From positions 6,208,001-6,272,000 of the forward strand of contig JASGJH010000001.1 in the NCBI GenBank assembly GCA_047601445.1: DNA of 64,000 nucleotides, read 5' to 3'. Under the pieces are notes generated by a model that was not told the origin of the DNA, made no database searches, and saw nothing but the letters and a program-made list of their open reading frames with translations. The translations under genes were made by a program, and so were the position numbers. This DNA is from Myxococcales bacterium. Lineage in GTDB: Bacteria > Myxococcota_A > Polyangia > Polyangiales > DASUME01. Below are positions 19,602 to 28,453 of this stretch, piece by piece (position 1 is the first letter of the stretch; every line of letters begins with the position of its first letter).

Positions 19602-20615
19602 TCAGAGGTGGCCCATCTTTCCGCTCTGGTAGTCCACGAAGGCCTGCTCGAGCTCCTGCCGCGTGTTCATCACGAAAGGTCCGTAGGAGGCCACCGGTTC
19701 GTCGATGGGCTCACCGCTCAACACCAACAGCCGAGCGTCCTTCTCGCCGCGCACCCGCACGACGCCCTCGTCGCGACTCATGAACGCCATGGCACCCACG
19801 CCGGTGGGCTTCTGGTCGGAGCCGATCAGCAGCTTGCCCTCCAGATTGAACAACAGCGAGGTGTAGCCCTTGGGCAGCTCGAACTCCGCCAGACCGTCGC
19901 GGTCGAAGCGCAGATCGAAGATGGTGATGGGGGTGTGCGTCATGGCTGGGCCCTTGTGGTCCTGGAGCGAACCCGCGATCAAGCGGGCCTCCGCCGCGCC
20001 CACGCTCAAGCGAGGGAAGTCCTTGTCGAGTAGGGGCTGGTAGCCGGGCGTGCTCATCTTGTCCTTGGCGGGCAAGTTGACCCACAGCTGCACCATCTCC
20101 ATATCGCCGCCCTGCTCGGTGAAGCGCTTGGAGTGGAGCTCCTCGTGCACCACGCCCGAGGCCGCCGTCATCCACTGCACGTCGCCGGGACCGATGAGGC
20201 CGCCGCCGCCCGAGGAGTCGCGGTGCGCGATCTCGCCCTTGTAGGCGAAGGTCACGGTCTCGAAGCCACGGTGCGGGTGCTCGCCCACGCCGCGCTGGCG
20301 GTCGGTGGGTTCGAAGCGACGCACGGAGGCGTGGTCGAGCAGCAAGAACGGGCTCTGCAGCCTGGGATTGCCGGCAGGCGACAGCACGCCGTGCACACGG
20401 AAGCCGTCTCCTACCCAGTGCTCCCCGGGCGAGGTCAGCACGCGATCGACACCGCGCAGGTTGCGATCGGAGAGCGTCGATTGGGTTTGCATGGGTTTGT
20501 TCTCTTTCTGTGAGCCGAGCGTGCGCGAGCAGGCACCCAGTGCCCCCGCCGCGGCCACTGCGGCCGTGCCGGTGAGGAACCTTCTTCGCGTGGTCGTCTC
20601 GTTCACGGAGCCCAT
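19602..20615 (-). CDS. Pirin family protein with possible Tat-lipoprotein signal (alternative start 20492)
   Basis: PFLLLDH, HPHRGFETVT, WMTAASGVVHEE, QLWVNLP, GPFVMN; N-terminal TRRRFL..ALGAC. Confidence 0.9.
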   Translation of the reverse strand: MGSVNETTTRRRFLTGTAAVAAAGALGACSRTLGSQKENKPMQTQSTLSDRNLRGVDRVLTSPGEHWVGDGFRVHGVLSPAGNPRLQSPFLLLDHASVRRFEPTDRQRGVGEHPHRGFETVTFAYKGEIAHRDSSGGGGLIGPGDVQWMTAASGVVHEELHSKRFTEQGGDMEMVQLWVNLPAKDKMSTPGYQPLLDKDFPRLSVGAAEARLIAGSLQDHKGPAMTHTPITIFDLRFDRDGLAEFELPKGYTSLLFNLEGKLLIGSDQKPTGVGAMAFMSRDEGVVRVRGEKDARLLVLSGEPIDEPVASYGPFVMNTRQELEQAFVDYQSGKMGHL

Positions 20616-20690
20616 TCTAAGCCGCCTGTCTGAGCCCGGGAGGGGGCGTTCCCTTGACACATGGTTGCAAAAACGGAACGTTGGCCAAAG

Positions 20691-21590
20691 ATGCCGCCGA
20701 GCGCCGACAATATCGCAACTTTCGTGGAGGTGGTGCGAAAGCAGAGCCTGTCCGGGGCGGCGCGCCGCCTGGGGCTGCCCAAGTCCACGGTGAGCCGCCG
20801 GCTGTCGCGCCTGGAACAGGAGCTGGGCGCCCAGCTACTGCACCGGAACGTGCGGCGCATCACGCTCACATCGGCGGGAAAGGGGTTCTTCGAGGCGGTT
20901 TCGGGGCCGGTCGACGCCCTGGAGAGCGCACTCCTGGAGCTCAACCAAGTGAGCCAGGCGCCGCGCGGGGTCGTGCGGCTAACGGCGCCGCCGGATCTGG
21001 GTCGCATGTTGCTCTCGAGCATGTTGGTTGCGTTTCTGGAACGTTATCCGGAGATCCAGCTCGAGCTGTTGTTCACCAATCGCATGCTCGATCTCGTGCA
21101 GGAGGGCGTGGACCTGGCCGTGCGGGCCGGGCGCAGCACGGGCCAGGAGCTCATCGCGCGCAAGCTGTGCGACTCCGAGCTGCACCTGGCGGCGAGCCCC
21201 AAGCAGGCCGCGCTCATCGAGCAACCCAAGCAGCTCGAGAAGGTACCCTTCGTGCTCTATGGCGCGCCTGGCCGTGACCAGACCATCCGCCTCGAGCGGG
21301 CCACGGGCAAGCGCGCGCAGAGCGTGGAGCTCGAGGTCAGCGGGCGAGTCAGCGTGGACGACTATGCGGCGCTGGCCGAGCTGGTGGCGAAAGGGGAGGG
21401 CGTGGGTCTGATGCCGGCCATTCACGTGCACGCGGGCGTCGAAGCGGGGCGCCTGGTGCGGGTGCTGCCCGAGTGGGCCTCGCGCACGGCCCATGTGTAT
21501 CTGGTGAGCACCGGCAGGCGGCAGCCCGAGCGCGTGCGTCTGCTCTCAGAGTTCCTGCGTGAAGAGTTCGCCCGCGTGGCGCACGTGTAG
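20691..21590 (+). CDS. LysR-family transcriptional regulator, divergent from pirin
   Basis: SLSGAARRLGLPKSTVSRRLSRLEQELG HTH; DLVQEGVDLAVR. Confidence 0.92.
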   Translation: MPPSADNIATFVEVVRKQSLSGAARRLGLPKSTVSRRLSRLEQELGAQLLHRNVRRITLTSAGKGFFEAVSGPVDALESALLELNQVSQAPRGVVRLTAPPDLGRMLLSSMLVAFLERYPEIQLELLFTNRMLDLVQEGVDLAVRAGRSTGQELIARKLCDSELHLAASPKQAALIEQPKQLEKVPFVLYGAPGRDQTIRLERATGKRAQSVELEVSGRVSVDDYAALAELVAKGEGVGLMPAIHVHAGVEAGRLVRVLPEWASRTAHVYLVSTGRRQPERVRLLSEFLREEFARVAHV

Positions 21591-21627
21591 GCGCGGGCTC
21601 CTCAACGCCCTGGCGCGCGTCGGCGTT

Positions 21628-23136
21628 TTACTTGTACGGATTCGGTGCCTTCGGCGTCTGCGTGTCGGTGAGCGTCTTCAGGTAAGCCACGAGCGCGGCC
21701 TCCTGCGTCTGTGACAAACCAAGATTGCCGAGGATGAACACCGGGGCCATGGAGGCCGGCCACTCGGGCGCAGGCCAGCACTTCTTCGCCAGCGCTTCGC
21801 GCTCGGTCAGGGCGCCCTCGCAGCGCGGCAAGACCCGCGCCGTGTTGTAGAAATGCACGATGCTCTCTAGGCTCTTGAACCAGCCGTTGTGGCCGTAGGC
21901 CTTGGTGAACCCGTTGCCTTTGCGTTTGTCGACGTTGCGCAGCGTGGGCGCCTTGAAGCCACCAGCGATGAGCCGTCCGGTGGCCGGATCGATGTTGGGC
22001 AGCTGCGCGTGTCCGCTGACGCCTGGATCGGGTGCGGCAGCGAGCTCCGGATTCACGGGTGTGCCGATGTTGTGGTAGGCGTGGTCCGTGTAGAGCTCGA
22101 ACAGGCCGGTGCCGTCCGGATGCTGGGCATCGCTGGCATGACAGAGGCTGCAGTTCGTGGCCGGCAGGTTCGGGAACGGCTTGGGTCCAAAGGCTCCCAG
22201 GTTGTAGAACAGATCGTGACCGAGGTTCTCCTCGGCGCTGAAGCCGACCAGCGGGAAGCGCCCCGGCGATCCGCTGTAGTTGGGATGCGTGCAAACCTTC
22301 GGATCGGCGTCCGGTGAGTGCTCGAGGCAGGCGAGCTCGGCACGCAAGGCCAGGTCGCGCTTGGAGCTGAACGAGTTGAGCTCCGACGAGTGCTGCCAGG
22401 CTCCGACCGCCAGCATGAGGCGCTTGAAGCTGATGTCGAACTCCGCCTCGACCGCCGGGCTCACGTCGTCGGCGCTGACGCTCACCGTTCGATCGCTGCA
22501 ATCGATGGGCTCACCCCAGGCGCGCTCGTAGAGTTCGGCATAGGCCGCGCTCGCCACGTGCTGACAGACCGACTTGCGATCGATGTTCTGCTCGACCGTG
22601 TTCGGCATCGGGTTCAGCGCCTGGTCCGACGTGGGTCCGAAGTACTTTGCATAGGCGAGCAGGCGTGCGTCGGTGGAGCCTTGAAACACCTCGTCGCCGA
22701 GGTGCTTGGTGGCGCCCGACAACAGCGCAGGATCGCGGCCCTCGGCCCGTCCGTTCCAGAAGTTTCCGCCGCAATACAGCACACCCCGGGTGCCAATCCG
22801 AAGGCCGCCGCGATTGCACTCGCCGAACTCCGGGATGAAGCTGGCGTAGGCATTGGTCGGTGGCTTGAGGTTGCCGACGGTGTGCGGATTGGCGCCGGTG
22901 ACGGCCACCTGGTGCAGGTTCACGCCGGACACGCTGCCGGTTCCGCCCGTGTCCGGATCGTGGCAGCTCGCGCAAGCCATGCGCTCGGGGGTCGAGATCT
23001 TGTCGAAGAAAACGTACTTACCCAGCAGCTTCAGCTCGTAGTCCGGCTCAGCGGAGTCGAGCGCTCCAGCCTGACCAACCAGATAAAAACCAAAGGGTAA
23101 GACGGACGCCAGCGCGGCGACGGTCCATGGTCGCAT
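21628..23136 (-). CDS. Secreted di-haem cytochrome c peroxidase/MauG-superfamily protein
   Basis: LGKYVFFD, CASCH, FWNGRA, CSLCH, FKAPTLRNV, YGHNG, LVAYLKTLTD; signal peptide. Confidence 0.88.
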   Translation of the reverse strand: MRPWTVAALASVLPFGFYLVGQAGALDSAEPDYELKLLGKYVFFDKISTPERMACASCHDPDTGGTGSVSGVNLHQVAVTGANPHTVGNLKPPTNAYASFIPEFGECNRGGLRIGTRGVLYCGGNFWNGRAEGRDPALLSGATKHLGDEVFQGSTDARLLAYAKYFGPTSDQALNPMPNTVEQNIDRKSVCQHVASAAYAELYERAWGEPIDCSDRTVSVSADDVSPAVEAEFDISFKRLMLAVGAWQHSSELNSFSSKRDLALRAELACLEHSPDADPKVCTHPNYSGSPGRFPLVGFSAEENLGHDLFYNLGAFGPKPFPNLPATNCSLCHASDAQHPDGTGLFELYTDHAYHNIGTPVNPELAAAPDPGVSGHAQLPNIDPATGRLIAGGFKAPTLRNVDKRKGNGFTKAYGHNGWFKSLESIVHFYNTARVLPRCEGALTEREALAKKCWPAPEWPASMAPVFILGNLGLSQTQEAALVAYLKTLTDTQTPKAPNPYK

Positions 23137-23342
23137 GACTTCTTGCCTGATCTTTCTCTTGCAGACCGTCTGCCGGAAAGACATCCCAGGGCAGCAGTCA
23201 TGCAGAACAACTACTGCCTAAACATTCACTGGGCGCAGACGCGACGCAAAGGCGGATTCTGGATCTCCCGTGTCACGACTCGCTTGCGTACTCGGCTGGG
23301 AGAGCCGCTTGAAAGCTTGCAGTGCGGCGCCGGCAGTTTGGC

Positions 23343-23804
23343 TTACCAGAGCGGACGGATCGGTGGCAGCTCGCCGGAGTGGCTCGCGCGCAGCACGTGT
23401 TCGAGGTCCGCGCGCAGTTGCTCGAGCCGTTTCTTGCCGATCACCGCCGCCCACTCGGCTTCGAGCTCTGCGTAGATCGCTTCGGCTGCCTCGAGCAGAC
23501 GACGACCCTTGGGAGCGATGTGGAGGAGCTTGGCGCGCGCATCATCGGGGGCGGCCTTGCGCGACAGATAGTGTTCGGACTCCATCACGTCCACCAACTT
23601 GGAGGCTGCTTGCTTGGTCACGCCGAGCAGCTGGGCCACGTCGTTGCCCGTGAGCGGGCGCTTGCGCGACTCCAGCAGCACGAACGCGAAGGCCGGGCGT
23701 ACCTCGAAGCCGCGCGCGCGCAGCTGCTCGTGCAGATCGTCGAGCAAGGAACGAACTGCCATGGACATCAGCCGGGCGAGTGGAACGGGAGGGGAGGCGG
23801 ACAT
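23343..23804 (-). CDS. MarR-family regulator
   Basis: VAQLLGVTKQAASKLVDVME..DARAKLL..KGRRLL. Confidence 0.88.
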   Translation of the reverse strand: MSASPPVPLARLMSMAVRSLLDDLHEQLRARGFEVRPAFAFVLLESRKRPLTGNDVAQLLGVTKQAASKLVDVMESEHYLSRKAAPDDARAKLLHIAPKGRRLLEAAEAIYAELEAEWAAVIGKKRLEQLRADLEHVLRASHSGELPPIRPLW

Positions 23805-23845
23805 CGCAGTGAAGGCTAGCAGGGATCTTGGCGGCTTTGGTAGAA

Positions 23846-24079
23846 GCCGCGTCGCCGTCGCTGTCGCCCGACAGACGCTCACGCACACCGTCGCCGTCAA
23901 AGTCGTTCGTCAAAGACCACCACCACGCTCGCGATCAGCAACGGTGTGCGATCTGGAAGCCTGCCCGTCGACCTTGACCTGGTCGGCGTGGATTTTGACT
24001 TGAACGGCGACGGCGTGCGTGAACGTCGGTCGCGGTGGCCGACAGCGAGCCAAACGGCCGGTTGAGGGCGACGGCGGCG
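23846..24079. repeat. Long imperfect inverted repeat between cupin and marR
   Basis: Arms 23877-23904 and 23997-24024 match at 24/28 positions; outer GTCGCC/GGCGAC arms also present. Confidence 0.7.
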
Positions 24080-24094
24080 AAAGTAGCCCTGCTC

Positions 24095-24469
24095 CTAAAG
24101 CGCCCACGGCGGCGTAAACAGATCTCCACCCGCGATGCGCCCCTGTCCTCCCACCGGCAAGCAACACAGCAACTCCGCACGCTCGGTGACGGGTCCCAGC
24201 ACGAGCTCGGTATCGGGCGGTACGACGATGGCATCGCCCGGCTGGGCTTCCGATGCGACTCCGGCAATCACGACTCTCACGCTGCCGGCGAGCACGACGA
24301 AGATCTCCTCGCGTGTGAGCGAGTGAGGCGGGCTATCCTGGCCGGCGCCGAGCAGCTCCACGCGCCAAATGCTGTTCTCGCGCGAGCCGAGGCTGGGTGT
24401 GGCGATCGAACGGAAGCGGGCGTGGGGCAGCTCATGGGTATGGGCCGGTGGGGCTTGGATCACGGGCAT
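24095..24469 (-). CDS. Cupin domain protein
   Basis: PPHSLTREEIFVVLAG..PGDAIVVPPDT. Confidence 0.82.
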   Translation of the reverse strand: MPVIQAPPAHTHELPHARFRSIATPSLGSRENSIWRVELLGAGQDSPPHSLTREEIFVVLAGSVRVVIAGVASEAQPGDAIVVPPDTELVLGPVTERAELLCCLPVGGQGRIAGGDLFTPPWAL

Positions 24470-24489
24470 GGCAGGATCTCCATGTGAAT

Positions 24490-24542
24490 GGTCAACTTGG
24501 TTGACCGTAGATCCGTGCGCGTGGATAGTCAACTGGGTTGAC
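24490..24542 (-). promoter_or_regulatory. Sigma70-type promoter overlapped by two GTCAAC-N3-GTTGAC palindromes (probable MarR operators)
   Basis: Minus strand TTGACT (24527-24532), 17 bp, TACGGT (24504-24509); palindromes at 24490-24506 and 24528-24542. Confidence 0.72.
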
Positions 24543-24616
24543 CGTTCGGCTCGGGGTGGTGCTGCTAGCCGGCCGTCGCCAGTTCGCCTGCCGCGCTGCC
24601 ACCGAGGGCGCGCTCG

Positions 24617-25282
24617 CTAGCGCATTTCCAGCACGTACGGATATTCGACGATCACGATGCCGCCGCCCTCGGGCTTGGGGAACTGGGCTTCGCTGATGAC
24701 TCCCGTGACACATGACGCGAGCTGTGGATCGCTGGCTTGATTGAGAGGATGGGCCTCGCTGACGTGACCGTCGGACTCGACCACGAACCGAATGGGCAGC
24801 CTGATGTTGTCTTCGCCGGGGCTGCGAGCGAGGGTGCACTCCAGGCAGGCGCGCACGTCGAGTGCCAGGTTCTGCATCACCGCTCTGATGGCGGCCTTGG
24901 GCAAGGAGCCGCTTGCCGAAGTCTCAACCAGGTCTTGGGTTTGCTGGGCTTCGAGATCGACGGCTTGCGCCGACTCCCCTGCGCGTGAAGCACGCTTTTT
25001 GGAGTTTGCGATTTCCCCCTGTTGCGCGCGCGCCGCGCACCAACTTTGGCGCTCTGCATCTGCGCTCGGGTGCGCCCAGCAGCCCTGGGAAGGCCGCCCG
25101 CATTCTACCAGCATGCTCCGATTGCAGCCGCTCGCGCGATAGTAGCTGACGTCTACGCGCCGGATGCCGATCTCCTCGGGCGCGCAGCGCAGGTAGCCGG
25201 GCGCTTTGATCTTGGCGTACTCGCCGGGAGCGCAGGCGAGGAGAAAGCTGCCCGAGAGCGCGGCGCTGAACATTCGGAGCAT
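24617..25282 (-). CDS. Lipoprotein with AgmX/PglI C-terminal domain
   Basis: Lipobox LLAC; GSLPKAAIRAVM..VRACLE..FPKPEGGGIVIVEYPY. Confidence 0.75.
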   Translation of the reverse strand: MLRMFSAALSGSFLLACAPGEYAKIKAPGYLRCAPEEIGIRRVDVSYYRASGCNRSMLVECGRPSQGCWAHPSADAERQSWCAARAQQGEIANSKKRASRAGESAQAVDLEAQQTQDLVETSASGSLPKAAIRAVMQNLALDVRACLECTLARSPGEDNIRLPIRFVVESDGHVSEAHPLNQASDPQLASCVTGVISEAQFPKPEGGGIVIVEYPYVLEMR

Positions 25283-25411
25283 TGCGTGATGGCGCAGGAA
25301 CACGGAGACCACGCTGGCGATGTAGCATCCGTTGGCCGCGCGAGGGAAGCCTCGTGCTCGGCCTTGTCGGCCGCCTACCTTCGACTGCGTGCAGGCTGCG
25401 GAGCGCCCTTA

Positions 25412-25516
25412 CTAGCCCGCCGGTCGCAGCACAAATGGATACGTGACGATCACGATGCCGCCCCCCTCGGGCTTGGGGAACTGGGCCTGGCTAAGGACCC
25501 CCGTGACGAAGACCAC
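25412..25516 (-). pseudogene. 3'-terminal remnant of an AgmX/PglI-domain gene
   Basis: Translates VVFVTGVLSQAQFPKPEGGGIVIVTYPFVLRPAG*; 25445-25486 matches 24647-24688 at 41/42 nt; in-frame stop just upstream. Confidence 0.75.
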
Positions 25517-25577
25517 TCGCGCGATCTAGCACCGCCTGAGCGCGCATGGCGCATCGTTCACACCTGGCTGCTCGACC

Positions 25578-28190
25578 TCAGAACCCCTGGATCAACACGT
25601 CGCGGCGCCCGCCGGCCTTGCCCGAAGCGGGGCCGACCACGCCTTCCTTCTCCATGCGCTCCACCAGCTTGGCCGCCTTGTTGTAGCCGACGCCCAGCTG
25701 GCGCTGCAGGTGGCTGATGGAGCAGTAACCGGCCTGCGCCACGATGGCCACGGCCTTGTCGTACATGGGGTCGTCGCTCTTGGGGCCGGTGAGGGCGGGG
25801 CCGCCTTCGCCGTCTTCGTCGTCGCGCGGGCGCAGGATGTTCTCGTCGTACACGGGCTTGCCCTGCAGGCGCAGGTTGTCGCAGAGGGCTGTGACTTCGT
25901 CCTCGCTGATGTACGCGCTGTGCACGCGCTTGAGGTCGCTCGCGCCAGGCGGAATGATCAGCATGTCGCCCATGCCGAGCAGGTGTTCGGCGCCCTGACG
26001 ACCGAGGATGGTCTTCGAGTCTTCGCGCTGGCTCACCTTGAACGCAATGCGCGCCGGGAAGTTCGCCTTGATCATGCCCGTGATCACGTCGACGCTGGGA
26101 CGCTGTGTGGCGAGGATCACGTGGATACCCGCGGCGCGTGCCTTCTGGGCCAGGCGCGCGATGGCGGCCTCGACGTCCTTGGCCGCCACCATCATGAGGT
26201 CGGCGAACTCGTCGACCACCAACACCACGTAGGGCAGCTTCTCGGGCGTGGGCAGCTCGTCGGGCTTCTCGTCGCCCTCGGGCCACAGCCACATTTCTTC
26301 GCCGTTGGGGCCGGTGCTCTTGACCTTGCCTGCGCGGGTGGGCCACAGCTTCTCGGCCGACATCTCGCCCGAGATTACCTTTTCCACGCGCTGGTTGTAG
26401 CTGGTGACGTTGCGCGCGCCGGCGTCTGCGAACAGCTGGTAGCGGCGCTCCATCTCGTCCACCGCCCAGCGCAGCGCGAGCGAGGCCTTCTTCATGTCGG
26501 TCACCACCGGCAGCAGCATGTGCGGGATGCCGTCGTAGACCGCGAGCTCGACCATCTTGGGGTCGATCATCAACAGGCGCACTTCTTCGGGCGTGCGCTT
26601 GAACAGCAGCGAGGCGAGCATGACGTTGAGGCCCACGCTCTTGCCGGCGCCGGTGGCACCCGCCACCAGAAGATGCGGCATCTTGGACAGATCGCCGTAG
26701 TAGGGCTGGCCCGCGATGTCTTTGCCGAGCGCGATCGGCAAGGGGCCGTTCTGCTTCTCCCAGCGCTCGTCCTCGAGAATCTGACGCAGGCTCACGGTCT
26801 GGCGCTGCGCGTTGGGCAGCTCGAAGCCCACGCGTGCCTTGCCCGGGATGGGCGCAACGATGCGCACCTTTTGGGCGGCGAGGCTCATCGCGAGGTCGTC
26901 GGAGAGGCCGGCGATCTTGGAGATCTTGGTGCCGCTCTTGGGCTCGAACTCGTACATCGTGACCACGGGACCCGGGTGGATCTCGTCCACGCGCCCGGTC
27001 ACGCCATAGGCCTCGAGCTTCTCCACCAGCTTGGCGGCGTTCTGCTTGAGCTGCGCGGCGTCGATGTGCACGTCCGAAGCCACCACGGGATCGAGGAGGC
27101 CGGTGGCAGGCAACGAATAGGTGGCCTTCTCGCCCTCGGCCTGCGCCGGCGCGGCCTTGGCGGGACGCTGCTGCGCGTCGGGCGAAGGCGCGACGATGGT
27201 GGGGCCCTTCTCGGGGGCGGCCTTCTTGGGCGCGGTTCCGGGCTTGGGGATTTTGGAGAAGTGAGTGGCCTCGGCCTTCTCTTCCGCCTCCTGCTCCTCG
27301 TCCTCTTCTTCGCCTTCTTCTTCCTCGTCCTCGTCCTCGTCCTCGCCCTTTGCCTCGTACCCTTCGGGCTCTTCGATGAAGTCCTCGTCGTCCTCTTCAT
27401 CCTCGAAGAGATCGTCCTCGTCTTCATCCTCGTCGTCGTGCGCCCGCGCGTCCTCGTCGACGTCTTCTTCTTCCTCGTCCTCTTCCTCGTCCTGCACGCC
27501 CACCACGCGCGGCTCGTTGCGCTTGGCTTCCTTCTCGCGCTGGATCCGCTCGAGCTCCTTGGCCTCACGCCAGGCCTCGGTCACCGCGCCCAGACCGTTG
27601 CGGGCCGCCATGAAGCTCTTGGCGCAGCGCGCCCACAGCATGCTCACGCTCTTGGTGGTCAGCCCGGTGACGCTCACGGTCGTGCGCAGCACCAGGGTCG
27701 TAAGCAGCACCGACGTGCCCACCACGAAGGCCCCCACCAGGCCGAACAGCGAGCGCAGGAGCTCCCCGAACACCTCGCCGAGCACGCCCCCTGGCAGCTG
27801 CCCCCCGAACACGCGCAGCTCCGGGCAGGCCAGGTGCACCAACCCGCAGCCCACGATCAACAACACCACCGTGGCGGCCAGGTTGGCGGCGCCCAGGGGT
27901 GAGCTCTTCCGGCTGAAGATGCGCACCGTAAAGGAGGCGAACTCGAAGGGCACTACCCAGGCCGCCAGGCCGAAGGTCATGCTGAGCAGGTTGGCCAAGC
28001 CGTGTCCGACCGGTCCAATCCAGTTTTCCCCGCTCTTGGGCCCATAGGAAATCAGGGACAGGCTCAGCAACAGGGTCGCGGCCAGGGCGGCGATTCCCAC
28101 CACCTCTTGGCCCCGACTTCCCTCGAGATCCCGGGCAGATTCTTCGTTTCTCGGAGCTTTCGTAGCAGCGACACGGGTTGCCAAGCGCAC
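25578..28190 (-). CDS. ftsK: DNA translocase FtsK
   Basis: 4TM N-domain (NWIGPVG), acidic linker, PGPVVTMYE, GATGAGKS, DEFADLMM, ATQRPSVDV, gamma domain SISHLQRQLGVGYNKAA. Confidence 0.96.
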   Translation of the reverse strand: MRLATRVAATKAPRNEESARDLEGSRGQEVVGIAALAATLLLSLSLISYGPKSGENWIGPVGHGLANLLSMTFGLAAWVVPFEFASFTVRIFSRKSSPLGAANLAATVVLLIVGCGLVHLACPELRVFGGQLPGGVLGEVFGELLRSLFGLVGAFVVGTSVLLTTLVLRTTVSVTGLTTKSVSMLWARCAKSFMAARNGLGAVTEAWREAKELERIQREKEAKRNEPRVVGVQDEEEDEEEEDVDEDARAHDDEDEDEDDLFEDEEDDEDFIEEPEGYEAKGEDEDEDEEEEGEEEDEEQEAEEKAEATHFSKIPKPGTAPKKAAPEKGPTIVAPSPDAQQRPAKAAPAQAEGEKATYSLPATGLLDPVVASDVHIDAAQLKQNAAKLVEKLEAYGVTGRVDEIHPGPVVTMYEFEPKSGTKISKIAGLSDDLAMSLAAQKVRIVAPIPGKARVGFELPNAQRQTVSLRQILEDERWEKQNGPLPIALGKDIAGQPYYGDLSKMPHLLVAGATGAGKSVGLNVMLASLLFKRTPEEVRLLMIDPKMVELAVYDGIPHMLLPVVTDMKKASLALRWAVDEMERRYQLFADAGARNVTSYNQRVEKVISGEMSAEKLWPTRAGKVKSTGPNGEEMWLWPEGDEKPDELPTPEKLPYVVLVVDEFADLMMVAAKDVEAAIARLAQKARAAGIHVILATQRPSVDVITGMIKANFPARIAFKVSQREDSKTILGRQGAEHLLGMGDMLIIPPGASDLKRVHSAYISEDEVTALCDNLRLQGKPVYDENILRPRDDEDGEGGPALTGPKSDDPMYDKAVAIVAQAGYCSISHLQRQLGVGYNKAAKLVERMEKEGVVGPASGKAGGRRDVLIQGF

Positions 28191-28453
28191 CTCTCCCTAC
28201 TGCCGGAGGGTACGGGTGGCTCGGAAGACCGGTCAACAAATGGACTTCCGGCCCCGATGTGGTCGAATGGAACGCGGGTGTCGGGGGTGCAAACCCTGCG
28301 GAACCCATGCAAGTTCGGTCTGTACGGTGCGCGACGGACGTCCTATCCTCGTGCCTGCCGGAAGGTCCCGGGGGGGGCCAGCAGCATGCCCCCGTCTCAG
28401 TGTTTTCCGCGCGCGGGCCCGCGCGCTCGAACGTGTACGAGGTCTGAAGAGCG

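Noticed and set aside
20664..20679. LysR box GTTGC-N6-GGAAC
   Set aside because: Dyad spacing does not fit T-N11-A symmetrically; too weak to call.
24617..25516. DGR template/variable repeat pair
   Set aside because: Mismatches are not adenine-specific and no reverse transcriptase is in the window.
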